Shown here piece by piece: positions 29,270 to 37,687 of a stretch of DNA of 64,000 nucleotides. The notes beneath the pieces are model-generated. The model searched no databases and was not told the origin of the DNA. It worked only from the letters and a program-made list of their open reading frames with translations. The translations under genes were made by a program, and so were the position numbers. How positions within the stretch are numbered: the stretch's first letter is position 1; every line of letters starts with the position of its first letter. The DNA is from Polyangiales bacterium (GTDB lineage: Bacteria; Myxococcota_A; Polyangia; Polyangiales; Polyangiaceae). The stretch lies in NCBI GenBank assembly GCA_038231275.1, contig JBBRLQ010000035.1, forward strand, positions 9,059 through 73,058. The letters run 5' to 3'.

Positions 29270-30439
29270 GTGCGCGACCACGCGGAGATCGTCGTCATCG
29301 GCGCCGGCATCATGGGCCTGTCGATCGCCTACCACCTCGCGCGGCGAGGCGTGACCGACGTGCTCGTCGTCGATCGCGGCTACTTGTGCGGCGGCGCGAG
29401 CGGGCGCAACGGCGGCGGCGTGCGCGCGCAGTGGTCGAGCGAGGCCAACGTGCGGCTCATGCAGGAGAGCATCCGCATGTGCCGCGAGTTCGCCAGCGAG
29501 ATGAAGATCAACGTGTGGTTCCGCCAAGGCGGCTACCTCTTCCTCGTCCGCACAGAGGAGAAGCGCAAATCGCTCGAGGCCAGCGTCACCCTCCAGAACG
29601 AGTGCGGCCTCGCGACGCGGATGCTCACGCCGAAGGAGGCGCAGAAGATCGTTCCGGAGCTCGGCACGGACGGCCTCGTCGCCGCCAGCTACAACGGCGA
29701 CGATGGCGTCGTCTTTCCATGGCCGTTCGTGTGGGGCTTCGCGCAAGCGGCGCGCAAGCTCGGCGTCGAGGTCACCACCTTCGCCGACGTCGTGGGATTC
29801 GACACGCGCGGCGGCCGCATCGAGGGAGTCCGCATCCAGCGCGTGAACGAGCCCGCCTCGCCGGTTACGACGATCCGCACGCGCAACGTCGTGAACGCCG
29901 CCGGCGCGTGGTCGCCCGAGATCGCCAAGATGCTCGGCGTGGAGCTGCCGAACAAACCGCACCGCCACGAGATCTGCTCCACGGAGCCGCTCAAGCCGTG
30001 GCTCAAGCCGCTCGTCGCCGATCTCACGGATGGCCTTTATTTCAGCCAATCCACGCGCGGCGAGATCGTCGGCGGCGTGGGGCAGGAGCGCGTGCCGCCG
30101 GGGATCGATCAGAACAGCTCGTTCGCGTTCCTCGGCAAGTACGCGCGCAGCCTCACGCGCGCGTGCCCGGTGCTCGGCGACGTGAAGGTGCTCCGCCAGT
30201 GGGCCGGCTGCTACGATCTCACGCCGGACGCGAACCCGATCATCGGCCCTGTCGACGACGTCGAGGGCTTCGTGCAGGCGAGCGGCTTCATGGGCCACGG
30301 CTTCATGATGGCCCCCATCGTGGGCAAGCTCATCGCAGAGCACATGGTCGATGGTCAGCCGTCGGAGCTCTTCGACAAATGGAACCTGCGCCGCTTCAAA
30401 GAAGGCAAGCTCCTCCACGAGGCGATGATCATCGGCTGA
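29270..30439 (+). CDS. FAD-dependent oxidoreductase (sarcosine oxidase beta / D-amino acid oxidase family)
   Basis: IGAGIMG, GASGRNGG, VVNAAGAWS, WAGCYDLTPD, GFMGHGFM. Confidence 0.9.
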   Translation: MRDHAEIVVIGAGIMGLSIAYHLARRGVTDVLVVDRGYLCGGASGRNGGGVRAQWSSEANVRLMQESIRMCREFASEMKINVWFRQGGYLFLVRTEEKRKSLEASVTLQNECGLATRMLTPKEAQKIVPELGTDGLVAASYNGDDGVVFPWPFVWGFAQAARKLGVEVTTFADVVGFDTRGGRIEGVRIQRVNEPASPVTTIRTRNVVNAAGAWSPEIAKMLGVELPNKPHRHEICSTEPLKPWLKPLVADLTDGLYFSQSTRGEIVGGVGQERVPPGIDQNSSFAFLGKYARSLTRACPVLGDVKVLRQWAGCYDLTPDANPIIGPVDDVEGFVQASGFMGHGFMMAPIVGKLIAEHMVDGQPSELFDKWNLRRFKEGKLLHEAMIIG

Positions 30440-30542
30440 CGGCCTCGCGTGATTTCCTTCGGGCTCGCGCGCGCATGCGTGCGGGCGCGACGGCTCGCGA
30501 GGGTGGTGCACGGGATCCGCGCGACATCATGAGGAGCGTGAG

Positions 30543-30558
30543 TGGCACGCGATGTGCT
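30543..30558 (+). promoter_or_regulatory. Candidate sigma54 promoter
   Basis: TGGCACGCGATGTGCT, GG-N10-GC, ~15 bp upstream of ATG 30573. Confidence 0.45.
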
Positions 30559-30572
30559 GGTGAAGAGTGCGT

Positions 30573-31316
30573 ATGAGGTTTCGTGCGTTTCTCTGCGTCT
30601 TCTTTCTCGCGGCGGCCGCGACGACGGCGGCGTGCTCCGACGGGGCCGCGCCGGCAGCGCTCGATCCGATCGACCAGGACGGCGTCCCGGAGAGCCCCGA
30701 TGCCGGAGACGAACCGCTCCCGGTGATCGGTGACCCGCCGCCCGAGCCACCCGTGATCGAGGCAATCGACGCCTCGACCCACGACGCGGCGCACGACGCC
30801 GGCACGCCGAAGCCACCGCCTCCCGCCGGTTGCGTCGTCGTCACGCCGTCGAAGGCGCCCTACGTGAAGTACGGCCTGCACCCGCGCGCGTCCGACGCCC
30901 TCGCTTCGCTCAACGTGACGGCTGGAAGAATTTCCCAGACCATCGGCAACGCCGCCGCGTCGGCAGGAACCCACGCGCAAGACGGCACCGCCGAAGGGCG
31001 CCCTTACTCGGCCGCCACCGATCTGAGCGTCCGCGGCATGACCGAGGCGCAGGTCTCCGCGTTCGTCGATCGGCTCACTGAGGTCGGGTTCGTCGCGTTC
31101 TACCGAAACCCCGGGCACGACGGGTGGCCGGCCTCCGAAGCCCGCCACATCCACGCGATCTGGGTGGCCGCGCCGATGAAGCTCATCCTCCGGAATCAAG
31201 TCGCCGACTGGCACGTCGGCAAGAACGGCCTCGCGAGCCACACGACCTACACGTTCAAGACGTGGTCGACGTGCTGGCGCGACGCGATCTGGAAGGACTT
31301 CAAGACCGCGAACTGA
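30573..31316 (+). CDS. Lipoprotein, possible Zn peptidase of the M15/DD-peptidase fold
   Basis: TAAC lipobox, Pro/Asp linker, 'SAGTH...ATDLS...HIH' pattern. Confidence 0.55.
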   Translation: MRFRAFLCVFFLAAAATTAACSDGAAPAALDPIDQDGVPESPDAGDEPLPVIGDPPPEPPVIEAIDASTHDAAHDAGTPKPPPPAGCVVVTPSKAPYVKYGLHPRASDALASLNVTAGRISQTIGNAAASAGTHAQDGTAEGRPYSAATDLSVRGMTEAQVSAFVDRLTEVGFVAFYRNPGHDGWPASEARHIHAIWVAAPMKLILRNQVADWHVGKNGLASHTTYTFKTWSTCWRDAIWKDFKTAN

Positions 31317-31318
31317 AG

Positions 31319-31954
31319 CTACGTCGCCGGCGTCTCGGGCCGCGCGAGCTGCTCGTGCGCGAACGCGCGATCGATCACTGCGAAGGGCGGGGCCTCCGCG
31401 AGACCTCCGCGGCGCTGGAGGTCCGTGGCGACCGCGTCGTACTCGGCGCGCGGCCGCCGCGTGGCGTGCGGTCCCTTGGCCGTGACGATCGTGAAGAGGA
31501 GGTCGCCCTTCTCGTCGACGCGCTCGAAGTACCACGGGCAGCTCGCGTACTCTTCGTGGCTCAACGCGAGGAGGAGCTTCTCGACCTCGACCACGCGATC
31601 GTCGAGCGACGCGTCGTCGATCCGCACCTTCTCGATGAGCGCGTTCCCGTCTCGCACCAAACGCGACACGCGGGGTGTGCCGGCCCCCAGCCGCGCAAGG
31701 GCGGCCGGCGCGTCGAACGGCCCCTCGGGGACGAGCTGCAAGAAGAGCCCGCGCGCCGGATCGGCGTAGAGCACGGCGTGCGCGATCCGCGCTTCACGAC
31801 CGCATTTTGCGCACGTGAAGACCGAGAGGCGTCCGCGGAGGAGGCGCTCCTTCAGAGCCGGGTCCAGCGTGACGTCCACCTTCGAGAGCAGCGTCATCGG
31901 GCCGGGCGCGCCGCAGCCGGGGCAGACCACGATGTCTTCGCGGGAGGAGCTCAT
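31319..31954 (-). CDS. CpXC domain protein
   Basis: CPGCG...DPALKERLLRG...CAKCG...LYADP. Confidence 0.75.
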   Translation of the reverse strand: MSSSREDIVVCPGCGAPGPMTLLSKVDVTLDPALKERLLRGRLSVFTCAKCGREARIAHAVLYADPARGLFLQLVPEGPFDAPAALARLGAGTPRVSRLVRDGNALIEKVRIDDASLDDRVVEVEKLLLALSHEEYASCPWYFERVDEKGDLLFTIVTAKGPHATRRPRAEYDAVATDLQRRGGLAEAPPFAVIDRAFAHEQLARPETPAT

Positions 31955-32014
31955 CACCGCGGCTTATACCGCGCGTTACCGCGGGCTGCACGAACGGGGG
32001 TACCATCTTCTTCC

Positions 32015-33472
32015 GTGCTCACCGATCTCGCACCCGGCACCGTGCTCGGCGACGACTTTCGCGTCGTCGCGCCGCTCTCGCGGGGTGGGATGGGGGCCGT
32101 GTACATCGTCGAGCAGATCTCCACGAACAAGCGGCGCGCCCTCAAGCTGATGCTCGAGGCACGAACGGGCGACGCGGAGATGCGCAGGCGATTCGCGCAG
32201 GAGGCGCGCGTCGGATCGCTCGTCGCGAGCGAGCACGTGGTCGACGTCATCGCCGCGGGCGTAGACGCGAAGACCGGCGTTCCGTGGCTCGCGATGGAGC
32301 TGCTCGAGGGAGAGGATCTCGCGACGTACTCCGAGCGACGAACCGTCCTCGCGCCGGCGGAGGTCGCGGAGATCTTCGCGCAGCTTTGCCATGCGCTCGG
32401 CGCCGCGCACGACATCCCGGTCGTCCATCGCGATCTCAAGCCGGGCAACGTGTTCCTCGCGCGGCCGCGCCTCTCGGAGGCGCGCTTCGTCCTCAAGGTC
32501 CTCGACTTCGGGATCGCCAAGATCATGACGAGCGACGCGAGCACGACGAAGGCGGTCGGGACGCCGCTGTGGATGGCGCCGGAGCAGACGCAGGCGGGCG
32601 CCAACATCTCTCCGGCGACCGACGTATGGGCGCTCGGCCTCATCGCGTTCCGGCTGCTCACGGGGCGCCTCTACTGGAAGGGCGCGAACGAGCTCGAGCC
32701 GAAGGGCATCGTCGTGATGCGCGAGATCCTCTTCGATGCCCTCGCCCCTGCCAGCGTGCGCGCGCGTGAGCTCGGCGGCGCGGCGCTGCCGGCGGGCTTC
32801 GACGAATGGTTCGCGCACACGGTGGTGCGCGATCCGTCCGTGCGGTTCGCGAACGCGCGCGCGGCGTGGGCGGCGCTCGGTCCGATCCTCGGTTCGACGA
32901 GCAAGACGAACCCGGTGCAGGTCGTGGTGCCGGCGACGGCCACCGGAAACGGCCCGGCCTCGGCGGTCGGCGAGCTGTCGGCGACGGTCTCGGCGCAGAC
33001 GCCGCCGCCTGCGCCGCCGACGGGCCCCGCGCCCCACGCGACGCTCGACGCAGTGGGCAACACCCTCGGGGACGGCGCCGCGGCGATCCCGCTCACCCGT
33101 TCATCGCGGCAAGGATGGGCGCTCGGCCTCGGCGCGGGGGCGGTCGCGATCGGTCTCGCGGTCGCTCTCCTCTACCCGCGCATGACGGGAAAGCATACGC
33201 CGACCTCGCCGTCTGGCGGGGCGTCGTCTCCTGCGCCCCCGCCGCAGCCTCCGCCGCCGCCCACGCAGAGCGCGACGCCCGAGCCGCCACCTCCCGCCGC
33301 CGCACCGGTCGTCGCGGTCAGCGCAGCGCCGAGCGGTCCGCGATCGGTGCGTCCCGCGCCGCCGCCTGCCCCGCGACCTCCGCCTGGTCCAACTCCGCTG
33401 CCCGCTCCGCTCCCCAAGCCGCCGACCCCCGCGCCGGCCCCTACCCCGTCGGCCACGCCGGTGACGATCTGA
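32015..33472 (+). CDS. Membrane Ser/Thr protein kinase
   Basis: GGMGAVY, RALK, HRDLKPGN, DFG, GTPLWMAPE, DVWALG, TM helix, Pro-rich tail. Confidence 0.92.
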   Translation: MLTDLAPGTVLGDDFRVVAPLSRGGMGAVYIVEQISTNKRRALKLMLEARTGDAEMRRRFAQEARVGSLVASEHVVDVIAAGVDAKTGVPWLAMELLEGEDLATYSERRTVLAPAEVAEIFAQLCHALGAAHDIPVVHRDLKPGNVFLARPRLSEARFVLKVLDFGIAKIMTSDASTTKAVGTPLWMAPEQTQAGANISPATDVWALGLIAFRLLTGRLYWKGANELEPKGIVVMREILFDALAPASVRARELGGAALPAGFDEWFAHTVVRDPSVRFANARAAWAALGPILGSTSKTNPVQVVVPATATGNGPASAVGELSATVSAQTPPPAPPTGPAPHATLDAVGNTLGDGAAAIPLTRSSRQGWALGLGAGAVAIGLAVALLYPRMTGKHTPTSPSGGASSPAPPPQPPPPPTQSATPEPPPPAAAPVVAVSAAPSGPRSVRPAPPPAPRPPPGPTPLPAPLPKPPTPAPAPTPSATPVTI

Positions 33473-34404
33473 TGCGCACGTCCATCCATCGCCCCTCGTT
33501 TCTGCTTCTCTGCATCCTCTCCTTCCTCGCGACGCTCACGCTTGAGGCCTCGAGCGCACGGGCCGATGACGACGACGCCCTCAAGCGCCGCGGCGACGAT
33601 CTCGTCGCGGAACGAAAATACGACGAGGCGATCAAGGTCTACGACGAGGCCTACGCGAAGCGTCCCGCACCTGCGATCCTGTACAACCGCGGGCGTGCGC
33701 TCCAGTTCCTCGGGCGGTATCCGGAGGCGTTGGCGTCGTTCGAGCGATTCGACAGGGACGCGCCGCCGGACGTGCGCGCGAAGGTGCCGGGCCTGGCCGC
33801 GCTCGTCGCCGAGGTGCGCGGGAAGGTCTCGCACCTCGAGGTGAAGTGCTCCGTTCCCTCCGCCCGCGTCCTCGTTCGCGACGCCGTGGTCGGGACCACC
33901 CCGCTCCCCGAGCCAGTCGCGCTCAACGCCGGCAGGGCTGCGATCGAGATCGACGCCGACGGGTACCTGCCGTTTCACCGCGACCTGGATCTCCCGGGAG
34001 GCGGCGTCGCCACGCTCGACGCCGTCCTCGTCGCCCGCCCGCTCGCCGGCGTGCTCGCCGTGACGAGCCGCACCGCCGGAACGAAGGTGATCCTCGACGA
34101 CAAGGCCGTCGGCGACGCGCCCTACGAAGCTCCGCTCCCCGCGGGACCGCACCGCGTCCGCGTCACGAAAGACGGGTTCGACGATCTCGAGACGCAGGTC
34201 GTCGTGGCCGCCGGCGAGCGCAAGGAGATCGCGCTCGAGCCAGGCGCCCGCGCGGCGCTCACGTCGAAGTGGTGGTTCTGGGCCGGCGTTGGAGCCGTCG
34301 TCGTGGGCGGCGTCGTGCTGACGGCGGCGCTCCTCACCGAGAAGCCAGGCGGCAACGGAGACTTCTCGCCGGGCCGAACCACCGCACCGCTGGTGAGGTT
34401 CTGA
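33472..34404 (+). CDS. TPR + two PEGA domain protein
   Basis: TGATG coupling; TPR 'ILYNRGRALQFLGRYPEAL'; PEGA repeats; 'KWWFWAGVG' membrane tail. Confidence 0.85.
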   Translation: MRTSIHRPSFLLLCILSFLATLTLEASSARADDDDALKRRGDDLVAERKYDEAIKVYDEAYAKRPAPAILYNRGRALQFLGRYPEALASFERFDRDAPPDVRAKVPGLAALVAEVRGKVSHLEVKCSVPSARVLVRDAVVGTTPLPEPVALNAGRAAIEIDADGYLPFHRDLDLPGGGVATLDAVLVARPLAGVLAVTSRTAGTKVILDDKAVGDAPYEAPLPAGPHRVRVTKDGFDDLETQVVVAAGERKEIALEPGARAALTSKWWFWAGVGAVVVGGVVLTAALLTEKPGGNGDFSPGRTTAPLVRF

Positions 34405-35783
34405 TGACACGCCGCCGAATCCTCAGAGCCTCCGCCGTCGGCGCGATGGCCGCGATCGCGCTGTTCGTCCTCGTGACGTGCCGCGCCGCGACGCAAGTTC
34501 ACATCACCGTCTACAGCGACAGCTGCCAGAACGGCTCGACGACGACGATCACGTTGGGCCAGCTCGGCGACGAGCTCGAGACCAAGTTCGCGGGCCCCAG
34601 CAACAACGGATGCGGCGCCGACGGGCGTGTTGGATCGCTCGTCGTCCAGCCGAGCGGCGCTAAGGACGGGAGCTTCGCCTTCAAGGTGGTCACGGGCGTG
34701 GGCAAGTCCGCCGACGAGTGCAAGGCCCCCGACTACAAGGGGTGCATCGTCGCCCGGCGCGGGCTCGCCTTCTTGCCGCACGAAGACCTGCAGGTTCGCG
34801 TCGACATGCGCCGCGCGTGCATCGACCGCGCGTGCGATCCCACGGAGACCTGCGTGAACGGCGGCTGCTTGCCCGCGACGCTCGATCCGAGCGCGTGCAT
34901 CTCCTCACCGTGCGACGAGACCACGCTGAAGGGGACCCCCGATTTGCCAGACGCCGGCACCGTCGCGATCGAGGGCGGCACCGTCTTCTTCGCGCCGGAC
35001 GCCTCGATGCTCATGACGTACACGCTCCTCGTCGATCGCTACGAGGTGTCGGTCGCGCGCTTTCGCAAGTGGGTCGACGCCGGGGCCACGCCCCCGTGCG
35101 ACGGAGGCGGATGCTCGCTCGATCCCGGCGGCCCCTTCGCGACCGAGATGCAGTGGGACCGTAACTGGAAGGACTTGCCGGAGTTCCAGACCCCGATCTG
35201 GACAGGGGGTGACGCCGGCTGCGTGAACGCGGCGAGCGGTGCCGTCTACTCGACCTTCGACAAGGGGGACGAAAATCTCCCGATCACGTGCATCAATTTC
35301 TACCATGCCGCGGCGTTCTGCGCGTCGGAGGGGAAGCGTCTGCCGACCTTCATGGAGTTCCAGCTCCTCGTCGCCGGCCGCGATGGGTTGCGCGAATATC
35401 CTTGGGGCAACGCCCTGCCGACGTGCGACCTCGCGATCATCGATATTGCCGGCGATGGGGTAGGATGCGGCTTTCCGGTGCACGTCGATGCCCTCGAGGC
35501 GGGGGCGACTCCTGAAGGTATCTTCCACCTCGCCGGCAACGTCTTCGAGCACACCTGGGACATCTACGACTTCGACTCCGGCACACCGAAGAGCAACCTG
35601 ATCGCGAACTTCCTCGGCCCCCACCCGCCGTGCGGCGGCCAATTCGACGAGCAGTGCACGGGCGGCCGCGGCAGCTCGTTTCGATCCGATTCGACGGACA
35701 TCCTGATCACCTACCGCCGCAACCCCCCGACCGAGGCGTACGACGTGACCGGCATCCGGTGCGTGAAGACCAAGCTCCCCTGA
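34404..35783 (+). CDS. Exported Cys-rich protein with FGE-sulfatase (SUMF1) domain
   Basis: TGATG coupling; 'DRYEVSV', 'AAAFC...GKRLPT', 'YPWG', 'LAGNVFE', 'GIRC'. Confidence 0.8.
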   Translation: MTRRRILRASAVGAMAAIALFVLVTCRAATQVHITVYSDSCQNGSTTTITLGQLGDELETKFAGPSNNGCGADGRVGSLVVQPSGAKDGSFAFKVVTGVGKSADECKAPDYKGCIVARRGLAFLPHEDLQVRVDMRRACIDRACDPTETCVNGGCLPATLDPSACISSPCDETTLKGTPDLPDAGTVAIEGGTVFFAPDASMLMTYTLLVDRYEVSVARFRKWVDAGATPPCDGGGCSLDPGGPFATEMQWDRNWKDLPEFQTPIWTGGDAGCVNAASGAVYSTFDKGDENLPITCINFYHAAAFCASEGKRLPTFMEFQLLVAGRDGLREYPWGNALPTCDLAIIDIAGDGVGCGFPVHVDALEAGATPEGIFHLAGNVFEHTWDIYDFDSGTPKSNLIANFLGPHPPCGGQFDEQCTGGRGSSFRSDSTDILITYRRNPPTEAYDVTGIRCVKTKLP

Positions 35784-35810
35784 ACCGGCGCCTGGACCCG
35801 TGAACGCCAG

Positions 35811-35840
35811 TTGACACCTCTTCGCGAGCCCGGCTACCGT
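35811..35840 (+). promoter_or_regulatory. Candidate sigma70-type promoter
   Basis: TTGACA-18 bp-TACCGT, upstream of GGAGGA RBS and ATG 35908. Confidence 0.55.
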
Positions 35841-35907
35841 CCGCATCGCGGCGGGGCAACGGGCCAACGTGGCGATCTTGCTCGGTCCGCACGATTTCGG
35901 AGGAGCC

Positions 35908-37671
35908 ATGAAGACGCTCAGAGCGCTCGGTACGTTCGCCCATCTCTCGATCAAGGCCTCGGGCCTATGTCTGCCCGTCGCGACCCTCGGGGCGCTCGCA
36001 GGTGGGGCGCTCGTCGCGGCCTGCGCAGACGAGAACGATCCCAAAACGTGGGTGAAGCGCCTCGACGATCCGGCCCAGCGCGCGCCCGCGATCAAGCGCC
36101 TGGCGCAGTTCTTCGAAGACACCATGACGAAGGTGAAGAAGGACCGCGAGGCGCCGGAGATGAAGGCGCTCCTCGACGAGATCGTCACGCCGATGACGAG
36201 CCAGTACACGGCGGGCAACCTCGACGACAAGACGCGCAAGGAGCTGATGAAGGCGCTCGGCGACATGCGCGACGCGCGGACCGCACCGGCGCTCGCGAAG
36301 GCGCTCAACGAGTACGATCCCGGCAAGAACGACGAGGACGTCAAGTACGCGGCGCAGGCGGTCATCGGAATGACCCAGCTCGGCAAGCCCCTCGATCCGT
36401 CGCTGGTCGACGCGCTGTGGACCGTCTTCTCCAAGTTCCGCGCGTCGCAGGCCAAGTCTATTAACCTCCTCACCGATCTCCACGACGCGGTCATCGCCGT
36501 GAAGAGCCCGACCTACGGCCCCAAGGCCGTCGAGAAGCTCGCCGCGCCGGTCGACATCAAGAGCCCGGAGTCCCAACGCGATCAGATCCAGTTCTGGCAG
36601 CTGACGTCGATCCAGGTCCTGCGGGACCTCAAGTTCACTCCGGCCGTGAAGCCGCTCGTCAAGGTGCTCCTGACGCCCGAGAAGAAGGACCTCTGGGCGA
36701 CCGTCGAGGCCGCGCTCATGCACATGCCGAAGGAGGCCGAGCCGGTCCTCGTGTCGGTCATCAAGGGAGACGATCCCGAGCTCGCGAAGCTCTCCGCGGC
36801 GTTCGGTGAGGAGAAGTCTCACCTCGCGCTCGCCGCCGACGCGCTCGCCTGGCTCTCGCGCACGTCCGGCCGCGACGCGGTGTTCGGCGCCGCGGGCAGC
36901 ATCGACAGCGACGCAAACCGTCAGGCATTCGGTATGTCGATCGTGAAGTTCCCGATCGACGGCCGATCCATCAGCGTCTTCCGCGGCCTCTACGACGGCA
37001 TCAAAGGCAACGAGGACTCCGACATCACCGCGCGCGCCGCGATGCTCCAGTCGTCGTCGCAGTTCTATGATCCGTCGCTGACCGGCTGGCTCCTCAAGGA
37101 GATCGGCGCGGCGAAGGGGGACAGCGCGACGGCGCTCCAGCTCCCGGCCCTCGAGGCGGCGATCAAGCTGATGACGCCCGATCAGCAGGGCGCGGTCGGC
37201 AACGTCGCCACCAAGCTCAACTCGCAAATGGACAAGATCGGCAGCCAGCAGGAGAAGGGCACCGCGTCGCTCCTCAAGGCGATGTACGAGGGCTCGAGCG
37301 CGATGCTCGCGCAGTGCCAGCAGCAAGTCTCCTGCTACACGAAGCAGCTCGAGGAGCCGGTCGCCACCGGCAAAGAGGGCGCGAACGCCAAGGCGATCAA
37401 GAGCGCGTGGATGAGCGTCATCTACGCGGGCGCCGCCAAGGATCAGGTCCGCGGCGATCTCGTCTCGAAGCTCGAGAAGGTGAAGAACCCCGGCGCGCGC
37501 CTCGCGGTCGTGGAAGCCATCGATCGCCTCGCCCCGAACGGTGACCCGAAGGCGGCGGCGGCGCTCGAGAAGATCGTCGAGGCCGACAAGTCGTCCGGCG
37601 ACAAGCTGCTGCTCCAGGCCGACGACAGCGTCGTGAAGGTTGCCCTTCGTCTGCGGGCGCGCGCGAACTGA
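35908..37671 (+). CDS. HEAT-repeat-like helical lipoprotein
   Basis: VAAC lipobox; 'MKALGDMRDARTAPALAKAL', 'AVKPLVKVL', 'RLAVVEAIDRL'; strong RBS. Confidence 0.7.
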   Translation: MKTLRALGTFAHLSIKASGLCLPVATLGALAGGALVAACADENDPKTWVKRLDDPAQRAPAIKRLAQFFEDTMTKVKKDREAPEMKALLDEIVTPMTSQYTAGNLDDKTRKELMKALGDMRDARTAPALAKALNEYDPGKNDEDVKYAAQAVIGMTQLGKPLDPSLVDALWTVFSKFRASQAKSINLLTDLHDAVIAVKSPTYGPKAVEKLAAPVDIKSPESQRDQIQFWQLTSIQVLRDLKFTPAVKPLVKVLLTPEKKDLWATVEAALMHMPKEAEPVLVSVIKGDDPELAKLSAAFGEEKSHLALAADALAWLSRTSGRDAVFGAAGSIDSDANRQAFGMSIVKFPIDGRSISVFRGLYDGIKGNEDSDITARAAMLQSSSQFYDPSLTGWLLKEIGAAKGDSATALQLPALEAAIKLMTPDQQGAVGNVATKLNSQMDKIGSQQEKGTASLLKAMYEGSSAMLAQCQQQVSCYTKQLEEPVATGKEGANAKAIKSAWMSVIYAGAAKDQVRGDLVSKLEKVKNPGARLAVVEAIDRLAPNGDPKAAAALEKIVEADKSSGDKLLLQADDSVVKVALRLRARAN

Positions 37672-37687
37672 AGCGAACGCCGCCGTC

